A DNA stretch of 64,000 bases, taken from NCBI GenBank assembly GCA_014239155.1, contig JAAZZQ010000050.1, positions 22,284 to 86,283 of the forward strand, written 5' to 3'. The DNA is from Lachnospiraceae bacterium. Its GTDB lineage: Bacteria > Bacillota > Clostridia > Lachnospirales > Lachnospiraceae. This document shows, piece by piece, positions 38,963 through 47,957 of this stretch. Position numbers and translations under genes: made by a program. Under the pieces are notes generated by a model, which did no database searches, was not told the DNA's origin, and saw only the letters and a list, made by a program, of their open reading frames with translations. Position 1 is the stretch's first letter, and each line of letters opens with the position of its first letter.

Positions 38963-40605
38963 TTATATATTGACTCCTCCATTGTATCTGCTTTTTCTTT
39001 ATCACAGTTTTGAAATGAAAGGTTATTTTTCTTACAGTAAGACTCTATTTCGCTTCCCTCTGGACAATATATAACAAGCTTGGGACAATCCGAAAATGCC
39101 CGCTGGCCAATTTTTAAGACCCCCTCGCTGATATACACCTCCTCAAGATTTCTGCAATCCGTAAAGGCATATTCCCCAATTTCTTTTACAGATTCAGGAA
39201 TTGTGAGTCTTTTGAGAGAACCACATTCATAAAAAATAAACGCGGCAATTTCCTCAACACCTTGAGGAATGTTAATTTCCCTGAGCGCCTTCATACTCAT
39301 AAATGCACCCGCACCAATAGATTGAACTGTTTCTGGCAGTGTAATTTTCTTAATAGTGCGATGCTGTTGTTCCTGTTCCCATGAGGTGTATGTAATGATG
39401 CCCGCTTTCCCTGATGAGCCCGCAAGTGCACCATCTTTGATCGCTGTGACAGTGCTTCTTCCTATTTTTTCTGGGACAGTCACCTCCGTATGTGTACCTT
39501 TATAGTTGGTAATCACAAGAGTACCATCTTCTCTTTTCTTATAGCTCCAAATCTTTTTCAGTGCTTCAACGGAATTCGGTGATATATTTTTGTTGAGTTC
39601 ACGCATCATCTTTTTGTCGGCTTTTTCCCGCTCTGCGGCAAAATCAGCAGTGCGGTTCTTGTAGTCTAAAAGCCATGCAAGCGCCTCTGTCTTCTTATTT
39701 TCAGAGGCGTACTCTATTATCTCATCGCGCTTTTTGGGCACAGAAAACCAACCTACTCGCTCAATTATTGGCAGTGCCTCTAAGATGTCATCATCAATTA
39801 GATCACGAATTATTTGATATTTCTTCATCTTATCCTGTCTAAAGTGCACAAGGAAATACTCAAACACTTCTAAATCCTGAAAACGCTTCTTGGTAACATC
39901 AAACATTTTTTCTGTATAATAAAATGGTTTTTCATCAATCTCCAAGGCAAGCTGTTGCATAACATCAAGATAATTCTTATCCGCAAGTTTTCCTGTCAGG
40001 GCACAAAATTCATACCAGTATCCATCTGAAATCGTAACACTCCCCTCTGTCATTGTATGAACACGTCTGTCAGAAAGTGTGACACCATGTCTTCTCAACT
40101 CTTCAAAAATAACAGCATCTTTGGCACAAATCGCATAAAACAGCATTTCTTCTGGCTGAAATGAAAGTTTTTCCTTCTGTGCAATAAGGTATTCCAACAC
40201 GGTCACTCGCTCCTTATCTGCAAGAAACGACAAGGGTTTTCCCGCTTCTCGTTTCCTATTTTTTGTGAACTTCATACCTGTGAGGCAGCAGGCGCCCTTT
40301 AGTTCACCGCGAAACACTTTCAACAAATACAACGCATAGTTTGTGCGATAATTCGCATACTTCTGCCCAATATAGCAGCCATATAATATCTCACTTTCTT
40401 GCGTTGATGGAAAGTCAAAGGTTGCACCTTTTTTTACTAAAATCTTTACCATATCAAGTCCACGAAAACGACAGGCAAGCCCAAGTGCTGGCGCGGACAT
40501 TTCCACATAGCCAAGCTTGTCATAGAGTTTAGAAAGCTCCTCAACAGAGCAGTTGATTACTGCATGTTCTAAGGCTTCTGCTTTTTCTTTCTGTGTAAGC
40601 TCCAT
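38959..40605 (-). CDS. Cytoplasmic ankyrin-like + LRR (LRR_5/BspA-type) protein, paralog 3
   Basis: 548 aa. ANK-like segment APALGLACRFRGLDMVKILVKKGATF. Four LRR units. GGAGGAA RBS lies inside the upstream gene's end. Confidence 0.8.
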   Translation of the reverse strand: MELTQKEKAEALEHAVINCSVEELSKLYDKLGYVEMSAPALGLACRFRGLDMVKILVKKGATFDFPSTQESEILYGCYIGQKYANYRTNYALYLLKVFRGELKGACCLTGMKFTKNRKREAGKPLSFLADKERVTVLEYLIAQKEKLSFQPEEMLFYAICAKDAVIFEELRRHGVTLSDRRVHTMTEGSVTISDGYWYEFCALTGKLADKNYLDVMQQLALEIDEKPFYYTEKMFDVTKKRFQDLEVFEYFLVHFRQDKMKKYQIIRDLIDDDILEALPIIERVGWFSVPKKRDEIIEYASENKKTEALAWLLDYKNRTADFAAEREKADKKMMRELNKNISPNSVEALKKIWSYKKREDGTLVITNYKGTHTEVTVPEKIGRSTVTAIKDGALAGSSGKAGIITYTSWEQEQQHRTIKKITLPETVQSIGAGAFMSMKALREINIPQGVEEIAAFIFYECGSLKRLTIPESVKEIGEYAFTDCRNLEEVYISEGVLKIGQRAFSDCPKLVIYCPEGSEIESYCKKNNLSFQNCDKEKADTMEESIYK

Positions 40606-40607
40606 CT

Positions 40608-42590
40608 TTATTCCTCCATAAAATAATTGATTTCCAAATCTTCATTATTCCGAAACCGAAGGCCTTTTTTAATGCAATATTCCTCCATTTTACTTTTTTT
40701 CGGGCATACTACAGTTAAATTGGGGCACTCTTCAAACACACCACACTTGCGCGCTCCATACTTTTTTGTTATCAGATGCTGGACGGATTTTGGGACAAAA
40801 ACCACCTTTAAATTCGGGCATTTAAAAAATACACCATCGTCCATTTCCTGAACCCCCTCACGGATCTGTACACTCTCAAGAACACTACATTCATAAAACA
40901 TGTATTTTTTCATATTAGTCACAGTTCCGGGAATCATTATATTTTTTAGACAAACACAACCATAAAATGCAGATGCACCGATTTCTTCAACGCTCTCCCC
41001 AATATGGATTTCCTCCAATTTTTGACAGTGCGCAAATGCAAGTTTCCCAATTTTCTTTAAAGAATTGGAAAAAATAAGCTTTCTTAGGGCGTTACAATTT
41101 GCAAATACTTCTTCACCAATTTCACAAACACCATCAGGAATGGTTATCTGTTTTAATGCTTCCATTACATAAAATGCTCTTGCACCAATTTTTTCTAAAC
41201 TCTTTGGAAGTGTAAGATGTTTTAGTGAGCGACAACACCCAAATGCCTCTTCCTCAATTACACTTACACCTTCAGGAATGTTAATCTCCACAAGTGACTT
41301 CATATTAAAAAAAGCACCCGCTCTAATTTCATGAACTGTTTCTGGAAGGATTATTTTTGTAATTTTACAGCGGTGTTCTATCTGCTCTGCGGTCACTTTT
41401 CCATTATAATAACTGCCCGAAAAAGCACCCTTTCCAATTGCTGCGACAACGCCTTTTCCTATCTTCTCTGGAACAGTCACCTCAAACTCTGTCCCTTTAT
41501 AATTAGTAATAGTAAGGGTGCCATTCTCCTCTTTTTTATAATTCCAAATCTTCTTTAACGCAGTAACAGAATTTGGTGCAGCATTCAGTTCACGCATCAG
41601 TTTCTTATCCGCTCTCTCCTGTTCTGCAGCAAAATCAGCCGTGCGGTTTTTAAAATCCAGAATCCATGACAACATCTCTGTCTTGTTGTTCTCCGATGCA
41701 TACGCTATAATTTCATCGCGCCTTTTGGTGACATTGAGCCACCCCTCACGCTCAATAATAGGAAGCACATCTATCTGATCTTGTTCTATAAAATCACGTA
41801 TCATCTCAATTTTATTCATTTTCTCCTGTTTGAATTGCGCTAGAAAAAATTCAAATATTTTGAGATCACAAAACCGTTTTTTAGTAATTTGGTATATATT
41901 CCATGTAAAATAAAATTGCTTTCCATCAAGTTCAGCAGCAATCTGCTGCATGATTTCCAGATAATCGCTGTCGGCTAACTGTTCTGTAAGAAGAACATAC
42001 TCAAACCAGTACCCATCCATAGCGATAGCACCTTCTGTTAGCTTTTGCACACGGATTTTAGAAAGTTTAATATTATACGTTTTCAATTCCTTTACAATGG
42101 CAGTATCTTTGAAGTATATCGCATAAAATAATAATTCTTCTGGCTGAAAAGCTATCTTTTCTCTGTTCTCTAAAAGATATTTTAACACATCCACACGTTT
42201 CTCATCCGAAAGAAATGGTAGTTGGCGTCCCTCTTTTGTATTTGCACTCCTTTCCATTGTCATACCGTTTATGCAAAAAATTCTTGAATTTTCTCCAAAA
42301 ATTTTTAATAAATACATTGCATAATTTGTTCGGTAATTCCCATATTTCTTCCCGATATAACAATGATATCTCTCCTCAATTTTCTTAGTGGATGGAAAGT
42401 CAAAGGTTGCTCCTTTTTCCACCAGCACCTTCACGATATCAAGTCCTCGGAAGCGGCAGGCAAGACCAAGTGCAGGTGCAGACATCTCTATTTCTCCAAG
42501 CGCGTCACAGATTTTTCTTAGGTCCTCAACAGAGTTATTAAGAACTGCCTGCTGCAACTGCATGGCTTTTTCTTCCTGTGTAAATTCCAT
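40608..42590 (-). CDS. Cytoplasmic ankyrin-like + LRR (LRR_5/BspA-type) protein, paralog 2
   Basis: The start is set at MEFTQEEKA (42590), because the track's MKGGMK extension is the RBS AAGGGGGG. Eight LRR units by hand count. Confidence 0.8.
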   Translation of the reverse strand: MEFTQEEKAMQLQQAVLNNSVEDLRKICDALGEIEMSAPALGLACRFRGLDIVKVLVEKGATFDFPSTKKIEERYHCYIGKKYGNYRTNYAMYLLKIFGENSRIFCINGMTMERSANTKEGRQLPFLSDEKRVDVLKYLLENREKIAFQPEELLFYAIYFKDTAIVKELKTYNIKLSKIRVQKLTEGAIAMDGYWFEYVLLTEQLADSDYLEIMQQIAAELDGKQFYFTWNIYQITKKRFCDLKIFEFFLAQFKQEKMNKIEMIRDFIEQDQIDVLPIIEREGWLNVTKRRDEIIAYASENNKTEMLSWILDFKNRTADFAAEQERADKKLMRELNAAPNSVTALKKIWNYKKEENGTLTITNYKGTEFEVTVPEKIGKGVVAAIGKGAFSGSYYNGKVTAEQIEHRCKITKIILPETVHEIRAGAFFNMKSLVEINIPEGVSVIEEEAFGCCRSLKHLTLPKSLEKIGARAFYVMEALKQITIPDGVCEIGEEVFANCNALRKLIFSNSLKKIGKLAFAHCQKLEEIHIGESVEEIGASAFYGCVCLKNIMIPGTVTNMKKYMFYECSVLESVQIREGVQEMDDGVFFKCPNLKVVFVPKSVQHLITKKYGARKCGVFEECPNLTVVCPKKSKMEEYCIKKGLRFRNNEDLEINYFMEE

Positions 42591-42604
42591 TTTCATTCCC
42601 CCCT

Positions 42605-44800
42605 TCAAACGCCGCTTTTTTCAAATACATTGTCTTTAAATCGAAACCCTTTTTCTCTACAATATGCTTCCGTATCACTTCCCTTAGGACAGATTACTGT
42701 CAGATTTGGACAAGCCCCAAACACCTCATAGACAATATTTCTATATTCCATAGATTTTAAGCGCTGAACAGACTGTGGCACACAGACTTCCTTTAGCGAA
42801 TCACAGCACCAAAATAAACCTGCATTTAGTTCTTGAACCCCCTCACAAATAAAAACTCTTTCCAAATTTTTACAGCCTGAAAATGCATGTAATCCAACAC
42901 GCACTACTGTACCGGGAATTGTGACATTTCTCAGAGCATTGCACCCATAAAAAGCCTCATCACCAATCTCTTGAATCCCTTCATTCATATAGATTGTTTC
43001 TATACTTCTACAGTCTGCAAATGCCTCTTTTCCAACGCGTTGTACTGTTTTAGGAATTATAATATTTTTTAAATTCTGACAGGCATAAAATGCACATTTG
43101 CCAATTTCCTCGACACCTTCACAGAGACCTACTTCTCTTAGTTTTCTACAGTTTGCAAATGCTTCCTCTCCAATTATTTTTACACTTGCAGGAATTGTAA
43201 GTTTCCTTAAAGAACTGCATCCAGAAAATGCATCTTTACTAATTTTCTCTACGTTTGGGGGAATTACAAGTTCTTTTAAAGAAGCGCATCCATGAAATGC
43301 CCCCTCACAAACCTCTCGCATATCTTTATGAATAGATACTGCTTCCAACTTTCGACAATTATAAAATGCTTTGTTGCCAATTTTTTCTATATTTTCGGAT
43401 ACAATAAGTTCTCTTAGATGACAACATCCGCTAAATGCCTCCACATCAATCTCTTTTACTCCTTCCGGAATATTGATTTGTTCCAAGTTGGCCAGCTCAT
43501 GGAAAGCACCTTTTCCAATGTATGTGATTGTCTGTGGCAGCACAATTTTTGTAATTTTTTTATTCCGATCTATCTGTTGTTGTGTCGCACATGGTTTGTA
43601 GGTATTATCCCCTGCAAATATACCTTTTCCAATCGCTGTGACAACGTTTTTCCCAATTTTTTCTGGAACAATAACCTCGATATGTATACCTTTGTAACCT
43701 GTAATAATAAGAGTATTATCTTTTTGTTTTCTATAATTCCATATCTGTCGAAGTGCAGTCACAGAACCCGGTGCTGCGCCGAGTTCTCGCATCAGTTTTC
43801 TATCAGCCTTTTCCTGCTCTGCAGCGATATTGGCAGTACGATTTTTAAAGTCAAGCAGCCACGCAAGTGCTTCTGTCTTTTTATTTTGTGATGCATATAA
43901 AATCATTTCATCACGTTTTTTTGGCGTAGCAAGCCAGCCTTGTCTCTCAATAACAGCCAACGCATCAATGGCATTCTCGTCAATTAGATAACGTATTATA
44001 GAAAATTTTTTCATTTTTTCTTGTCTAAAATTAGCAAGGAAAAATGAAAAAATATCAATATTATAGAAACGTTTTTGTGTACTATACAATATTTTTTCCG
44101 TAAAACGATATGGCTTTCCATGAAGCTCAGTAGAGAGTTGACGCATCACTTGAATATAATCTTTGTCGGCAAGCTTTGCGGTTAAAGAACTAAACTCAAA
44201 CCAATATCCATCCGCTATGGTACCCTCTGTTATTGCATAACTACGTTTTTCTGAAAGCACAATATTATGCTCTTTTAGGGTATCATAAATAACAAAATCC
44301 TTTGCAAATATTGCATAAAAAAGCATTTCCTCTGGCTGAAAAGATAATTCTTGTTTGTTTTCCAACAAAAAATAAAGCACCGCAATTCGCTCCTCATCCG
44401 CAAGAAGTGACAATTGCTCTCCATCTTCCCTCATTATCTTTTGAGTCAGCTTCATGCCCTGTAAGCAGCGAGCGCCCTTCAATCCACCACGATAACTTTT
44501 CAGCAAGTACAGCGAATAGTTTGTGCGATAATTTTCACGATAGTTTGCATGGTTTTTACCAATATGGCAATGATATGTCATTTCAATTTCCTCAGTTGAA
44601 GGAAAATCAAACGTTGCTCCTTTTTCCACCAGCGCCTTCACAATATCAAGCCCTCGAAAGCGGCAGGCAAGTCCCAACGCAGGCGCAGACATTTCCACAT
44701 ACCCTAACTTGTCATATATCTTACAAAGCTCCCCGACAGAATTATTGAGAACTGCATGCTGCAGCCGCGCAGCTTTTTCTTCCTGCGTAAGAAGTTCCAT
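42605..44800 (-). CDS. Cytoplasmic ankyrin-like + LRR (LRR_5/BspA-type) protein, paralog 1
   Basis: The start is set at MELLTQEEKA (44800), after an AAAGGTGGA RBS. Eleven LRR units by hand count. Confidence 0.8.
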   Translation of the reverse strand: MELLTQEEKAARLQHAVLNNSVGELCKIYDKLGYVEMSAPALGLACRFRGLDIVKALVEKGATFDFPSTEEIEMTYHCHIGKNHANYRENYRTNYSLYLLKSYRGGLKGARCLQGMKLTQKIMREDGEQLSLLADEERIAVLYFLLENKQELSFQPEEMLFYAIFAKDFVIYDTLKEHNIVLSEKRSYAITEGTIADGYWFEFSSLTAKLADKDYIQVMRQLSTELHGKPYRFTEKILYSTQKRFYNIDIFSFFLANFRQEKMKKFSIIRYLIDENAIDALAVIERQGWLATPKKRDEMILYASQNKKTEALAWLLDFKNRTANIAAEQEKADRKLMRELGAAPGSVTALRQIWNYRKQKDNTLIITGYKGIHIEVIVPEKIGKNVVTAIGKGIFAGDNTYKPCATQQQIDRNKKITKIVLPQTITYIGKGAFHELANLEQINIPEGVKEIDVEAFSGCCHLRELIVSENIEKIGNKAFYNCRKLEAVSIHKDMREVCEGAFHGCASLKELVIPPNVEKISKDAFSGCSSLRKLTIPASVKIIGEEAFANCRKLREVGLCEGVEEIGKCAFYACQNLKNIIIPKTVQRVGKEAFADCRSIETIYMNEGIQEIGDEAFYGCNALRNVTIPGTVVRVGLHAFSGCKNLERVFICEGVQELNAGLFWCCDSLKEVCVPQSVQRLKSMEYRNIVYEVFGACPNLTVICPKGSDTEAYCREKGFRFKDNVFEKSGV

Positions 44801-44817
44801 AGATATTCCACCTTTCA

Positions 44818-46203
44818 TTATAGTTCATCTTTTCTGAGTACCAACTTAATTGCCCACGATGGAATATCATAATTATTGTGCATACTATAAGTACTCTTCT
44901 CGTCCTCAATAAATACAAATGCGGTGTCGTAAGATGGCTTTTTGCTGGGAAATGGACCAAAACCATCTGTAAAATAAATCAAACCTTTAAGATTATCAAA
45001 TTCTCTATTGTGCACTAATGTATTGACATATTCAAACACAGGACGAAAATCCGTTCCTCCTAAACCATGAAGTTTCATGTGTTTTAGATACGCATCAAAC
45101 TCCTGCTGGGTAGTAATCTTGACATCTTCTTGAATATTTGCGTCACATTGAATAATGTGCAAATTTATTTTTGTAAAAAAGCTTTCTGTGCTCTTGAGAA
45201 TATTATAGGTTTTCTGCACAAAAGTCTGCACCAAATCACCGGAAGTTGAGCCTGACGTGTCAATCGCCACCACAAACTCCCGAATGCGCTTTACTTCCTT
45301 ATATTCTAGCGGTTCTATCAAGGGCATATTTTCATATAATTGTAGCCCATAAGTATAAAAATTATAGTCAAACTCATCCGGATTGATTTTCATCATCTCT
45401 GCTCTGACAGCAAATTTTTTAAGAAACTCTGTATAATCATAGCGCTCTCTGTTCACTTCCCGCAAATTCTGTGTTAACAGTCCTGCCTCTGTTCCTCGAC
45501 TCTTCAAAAAAACTTCTAGTTCTGTCTGCATGCGCAAAGAAATATCTCCCCAACTTTGTAAAAGTAGTAAGCGATTTGGCACAAGCCCTGCACCATTCCC
45601 AATGTTTGCTATCCGTTCCCCAAAAATGGCATAAATTCCCATCTCTTTTTTCTGCTCCTCTGTAAGATACCAGAGGCAGTGGTCATCTCCTTTAAACAAC
45701 CGTGACAGTCTTTCCACCAAATCATCAGAAAGTTTTTCATCCAAAAAATATCTGTATATCTTCTCCGCGGAAATTGTCTTTACCTTCTTTTTGAATAAAT
45801 CGAAAAATTGAACCTGTTCCTTCGCTTTGGTAATGTTTAAATAGTTTAGCTCCAAATCATTAATAGCGCTTTCCACTGCAATGTCACAAGCCAAATCCCA
45901 CATTGTTTGATTAACCAGTGTATTCACAAAAAAATGCTTAAAAACACAATGCAGTACACTATGTAAAAAATTACGCGTCGGATAATTTTCATCAAGTTGA
46001 TATGCATTCAAAATATGTACTGGATCATAAACATATACGTCGCCATCGCAGGCGGAGAAGGGAGTTACCTCAGGCTTGGGTCCAATTCTAAACTGATTTA
46101 ATGACATGTCCATAAAACGCATATTAACCAACAGCCGATTTTTGGACATCTGAATAATATCGGCTGCTATCTTTTCAATCTTTTCTTTTTTTTCCTGTTC
46201 CAT
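44818..46203 (-). CDS. VWA-domain protein with N-terminal DUF2201_N-like (degenerate metallopeptidase-like) domain
   Basis: 461 aa. MIDAS-type motif VVAIDTSGSTSGD. The N-terminal block NFLHSVLHCVFKH sits where related proteins carry HExxH. First gene of the operon. Confidence 0.75.
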   Translation of the reverse strand: MEQEKKEKIEKIAADIIQMSKNRLLVNMRFMDMSLNQFRIGPKPEVTPFSACDGDVYVYDPVHILNAYQLDENYPTRNFLHSVLHCVFKHFFVNTLVNQTMWDLACDIAVESAINDLELNYLNITKAKEQVQFFDLFKKKVKTISAEKIYRYFLDEKLSDDLVERLSRLFKGDDHCLWYLTEEQKKEMGIYAIFGERIANIGNGAGLVPNRLLLLQSWGDISLRMQTELEVFLKSRGTEAGLLTQNLREVNRERYDYTEFLKKFAVRAEMMKINPDEFDYNFYTYGLQLYENMPLIEPLEYKEVKRIREFVVAIDTSGSTSGDLVQTFVQKTYNILKSTESFFTKINLHIIQCDANIQEDVKITTQQEFDAYLKHMKLHGLGGTDFRPVFEYVNTLVHNREFDNLKGLIYFTDGFGPFPSKKPSYDTAFVFIEDEKSTYSMHNNYDIPSWAIKLVLRKDEL

Positions 46204-46341
46204 TTTGTTATCCTTATCTTAACTCATTTTTCTTGACAGATTACTCTTTCTTTGCTCTTGTCTTCACTGCACCATTCTTAAGGTTTCATTATTAAATTGG
46301 AAACTTTTATCGCTTCTAAATCCTTAAATCTATCCTAACAC

Positions 46342-46376
46342 AAAAATAAACAAACGTCTATAAAAGAACGTTTGCT
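46342..46376 (-). terminator. Rho-independent terminator of the beta-lactamase-like gene
   Basis: The minus strand reads CAAACGT-loop-ACGTTTG followed by TTTATTTTTGTG. Confidence 0.65.
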
Positions 46377-46410
46377 TATCTCTGTCTTATTCCCGCTTTA
46401 TTCCGAAACG

Positions 46411-47400
46411 TCACTCGCTATAATAATCTGACACAATCTGGATCGCGATCTCTTTTGCCAACGAACTAGATACATTCATACCATCTGTCCTTCCAAGATG
46501 TACACAAAAATAAATATTTCCTTCTGGGCTTTGGCTTTCTGCAAATCCGGTAAACCATGCATCAACAACAATGTTCTTTGCCTTGCCCATACCTGTTTTT
46601 CCATATATGGAAATATCTGTATTTTCCTCATTGGATACCAGCATAACTTGCTTTAATTCATTTCGTGTCATTTCTGAATAGTCCGAATTTTGTCCAAAAA
46701 TACGTTCCATTACCTCCACTTGTTCTTTCGGGGAAATCAGCAAAGACGATTCAATCCAAAAACCAGTTAACGCCCGATTATTATTGTTTGTATTCAATCG
46801 CCCTTCCCAATCGGAAATATCGCAATTACCATATTGGAGCCTATTTAGTTCTTTTTGCATGATATCTTTTCCAATATCGTCTACAACTTGTCTGTAATAC
46901 CATACGCAGGAAGTACGAAACGCTTCCTCAAAATCAATATCTTTATTCCAGTCTTCATTCCAAAATACTTCACCGCTCCATGTTCGGGTGGAATCTTTTG
47001 CTTCAAAGATTTCATTTTCCAACGCAATCAGAGAAGAAATAATCTTAAACGTAGAACACGGAGATCTTCTAGTCAATGCAGCCTCACTATGGTACATTGT
47101 ATACCGCCTGTTAGATGGATTGTATATAACTGCTTCACCATTTAGCCCATTAAAATATCCTGACCAGTCCGCATCAACAATTTCCGGTTCCATTACCATG
47201 CTTTCAGTATCGTTCCCTGTATTTGCCTCCGTGGAAACACTGTCTACTTCTATCTTTGTCATTTCCTGCTCGTTATTTTCCAAGAAAATTTCTTTTTTCC
47301 CGCCACGGCTATCAGAGCAACCTGCCAAGATAAATACACATGCTGTTATACAATATATTGCCTTTAAACAATTACACTTTCCTCTCATCATTCTCCTCAT
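46411..47400 (-). CDS. Class D (OXA-type) beta-lactamase-like lipoprotein / BlaR-sensor-like penicillin-binding domain
   Basis: 329 aa. Lipobox FILAGC. Motifs STFK, SCV (SxV), YGN, KTG and WFTGF are all present. A ~70-aa N-terminal linker follows the lipobox. Confidence 0.78.
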   Translation of the reverse strand: MRRMMRGKCNCLKAIYCITACVFILAGCSDSRGGKKEIFLENNEQEMTKIEVDSVSTEANTGNDTESMVMEPEIVDADWSGYFNGLNGEAVIYNPSNRRYTMYHSEAALTRRSPCSTFKIISSLIALENEIFEAKDSTRTWSGEVFWNEDWNKDIDFEEAFRTSCVWYYRQVVDDIGKDIMQKELNRLQYGNCDISDWEGRLNTNNNNRALTGFWIESSLLISPKEQVEVMERIFGQNSDYSEMTRNELKQVMLVSNEENTDISIYGKTGMGKAKNIVVDAWFTGFAESQSPEGNIYFCVHLGRTDGMNVSSSLAKEIAIQIVSDYYSE

Positions 47401-47493
47401 TCTTTTCTGCTTTTTCTTAATATTTTATACTGTAATACCTTTTTTCCAATTTTCGATTTGTGTCATTCTGAACTAAAGCGTAAAAAACAGCCA

Positions 47494-47760
47494 CTAGAGG
47501 AATAAAAAAATCATTCCCACCAGTCCAAACATCTTTCCACCAATCAAGGCTGTAATCAGTGTCCATAATGGAGAAAGACCAACCGAACTACCTACCATAT
47601 GAGAGTATATAAATTGATTTTCAATAAACTGGACTACAAAATAAGCTGTTACACATAGGAGTATTTTTGAAGGTTTAGCAAACAGAACCAAAAACATTCC
47701 TATCCGGCATGACATAAAAGCCCCAACATATGGAACTGTTGAGATAACGCATCTCCATAC
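47494..47760 (-). pseudogene. C-terminal remnant of an AI-2E family transporter gene
   Basis: Only the last ~85 codons are present (..TVPYVGAF MSCRIG...QFIENQFIYSHMVGSSVGLSPLWTLITALIGGKMFGLVGMIFLFL). No N-terminal 250+ aa lie upstream. Confidence 0.65.
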
Positions 47761-47957
47761 ATTTTCTTTGACTCCTCAAGTGTCCGAACTTAGATTTATA
47801 TCTATCATAGTCCGAACTCGGATGCTTGTCAAATGCACTTTCTCACAATTTTATCTCTGCCGGAGAAGACTCCCACTTCTATAAGTGACAAGTAAAATAC
47901 AATTTTGTCTCAGTGGGAGTACAATCTTGGACTAAAATAAGCCTCCAGCATGATTAT

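Noticed and set aside
42596-42603. Homopolymeric G/C tract at the junction of two LRR paralogs as a phase-variation switch
   Set aside because: It is only six residues long and forms the Shine-Dalgarno sequence (AAGGGGGG). That is too short to argue for slipped-strand switching without population data.
37271-44800. Periodic repeats that might be mistaken for a CRISPR-like or tandem DNA repeat array
   Set aside because: The periodicity is at the protein level (about 23-25-aa LRR units) within long open reading frames. The nucleotide repeats are diverged and have no spacer-repeat structure.
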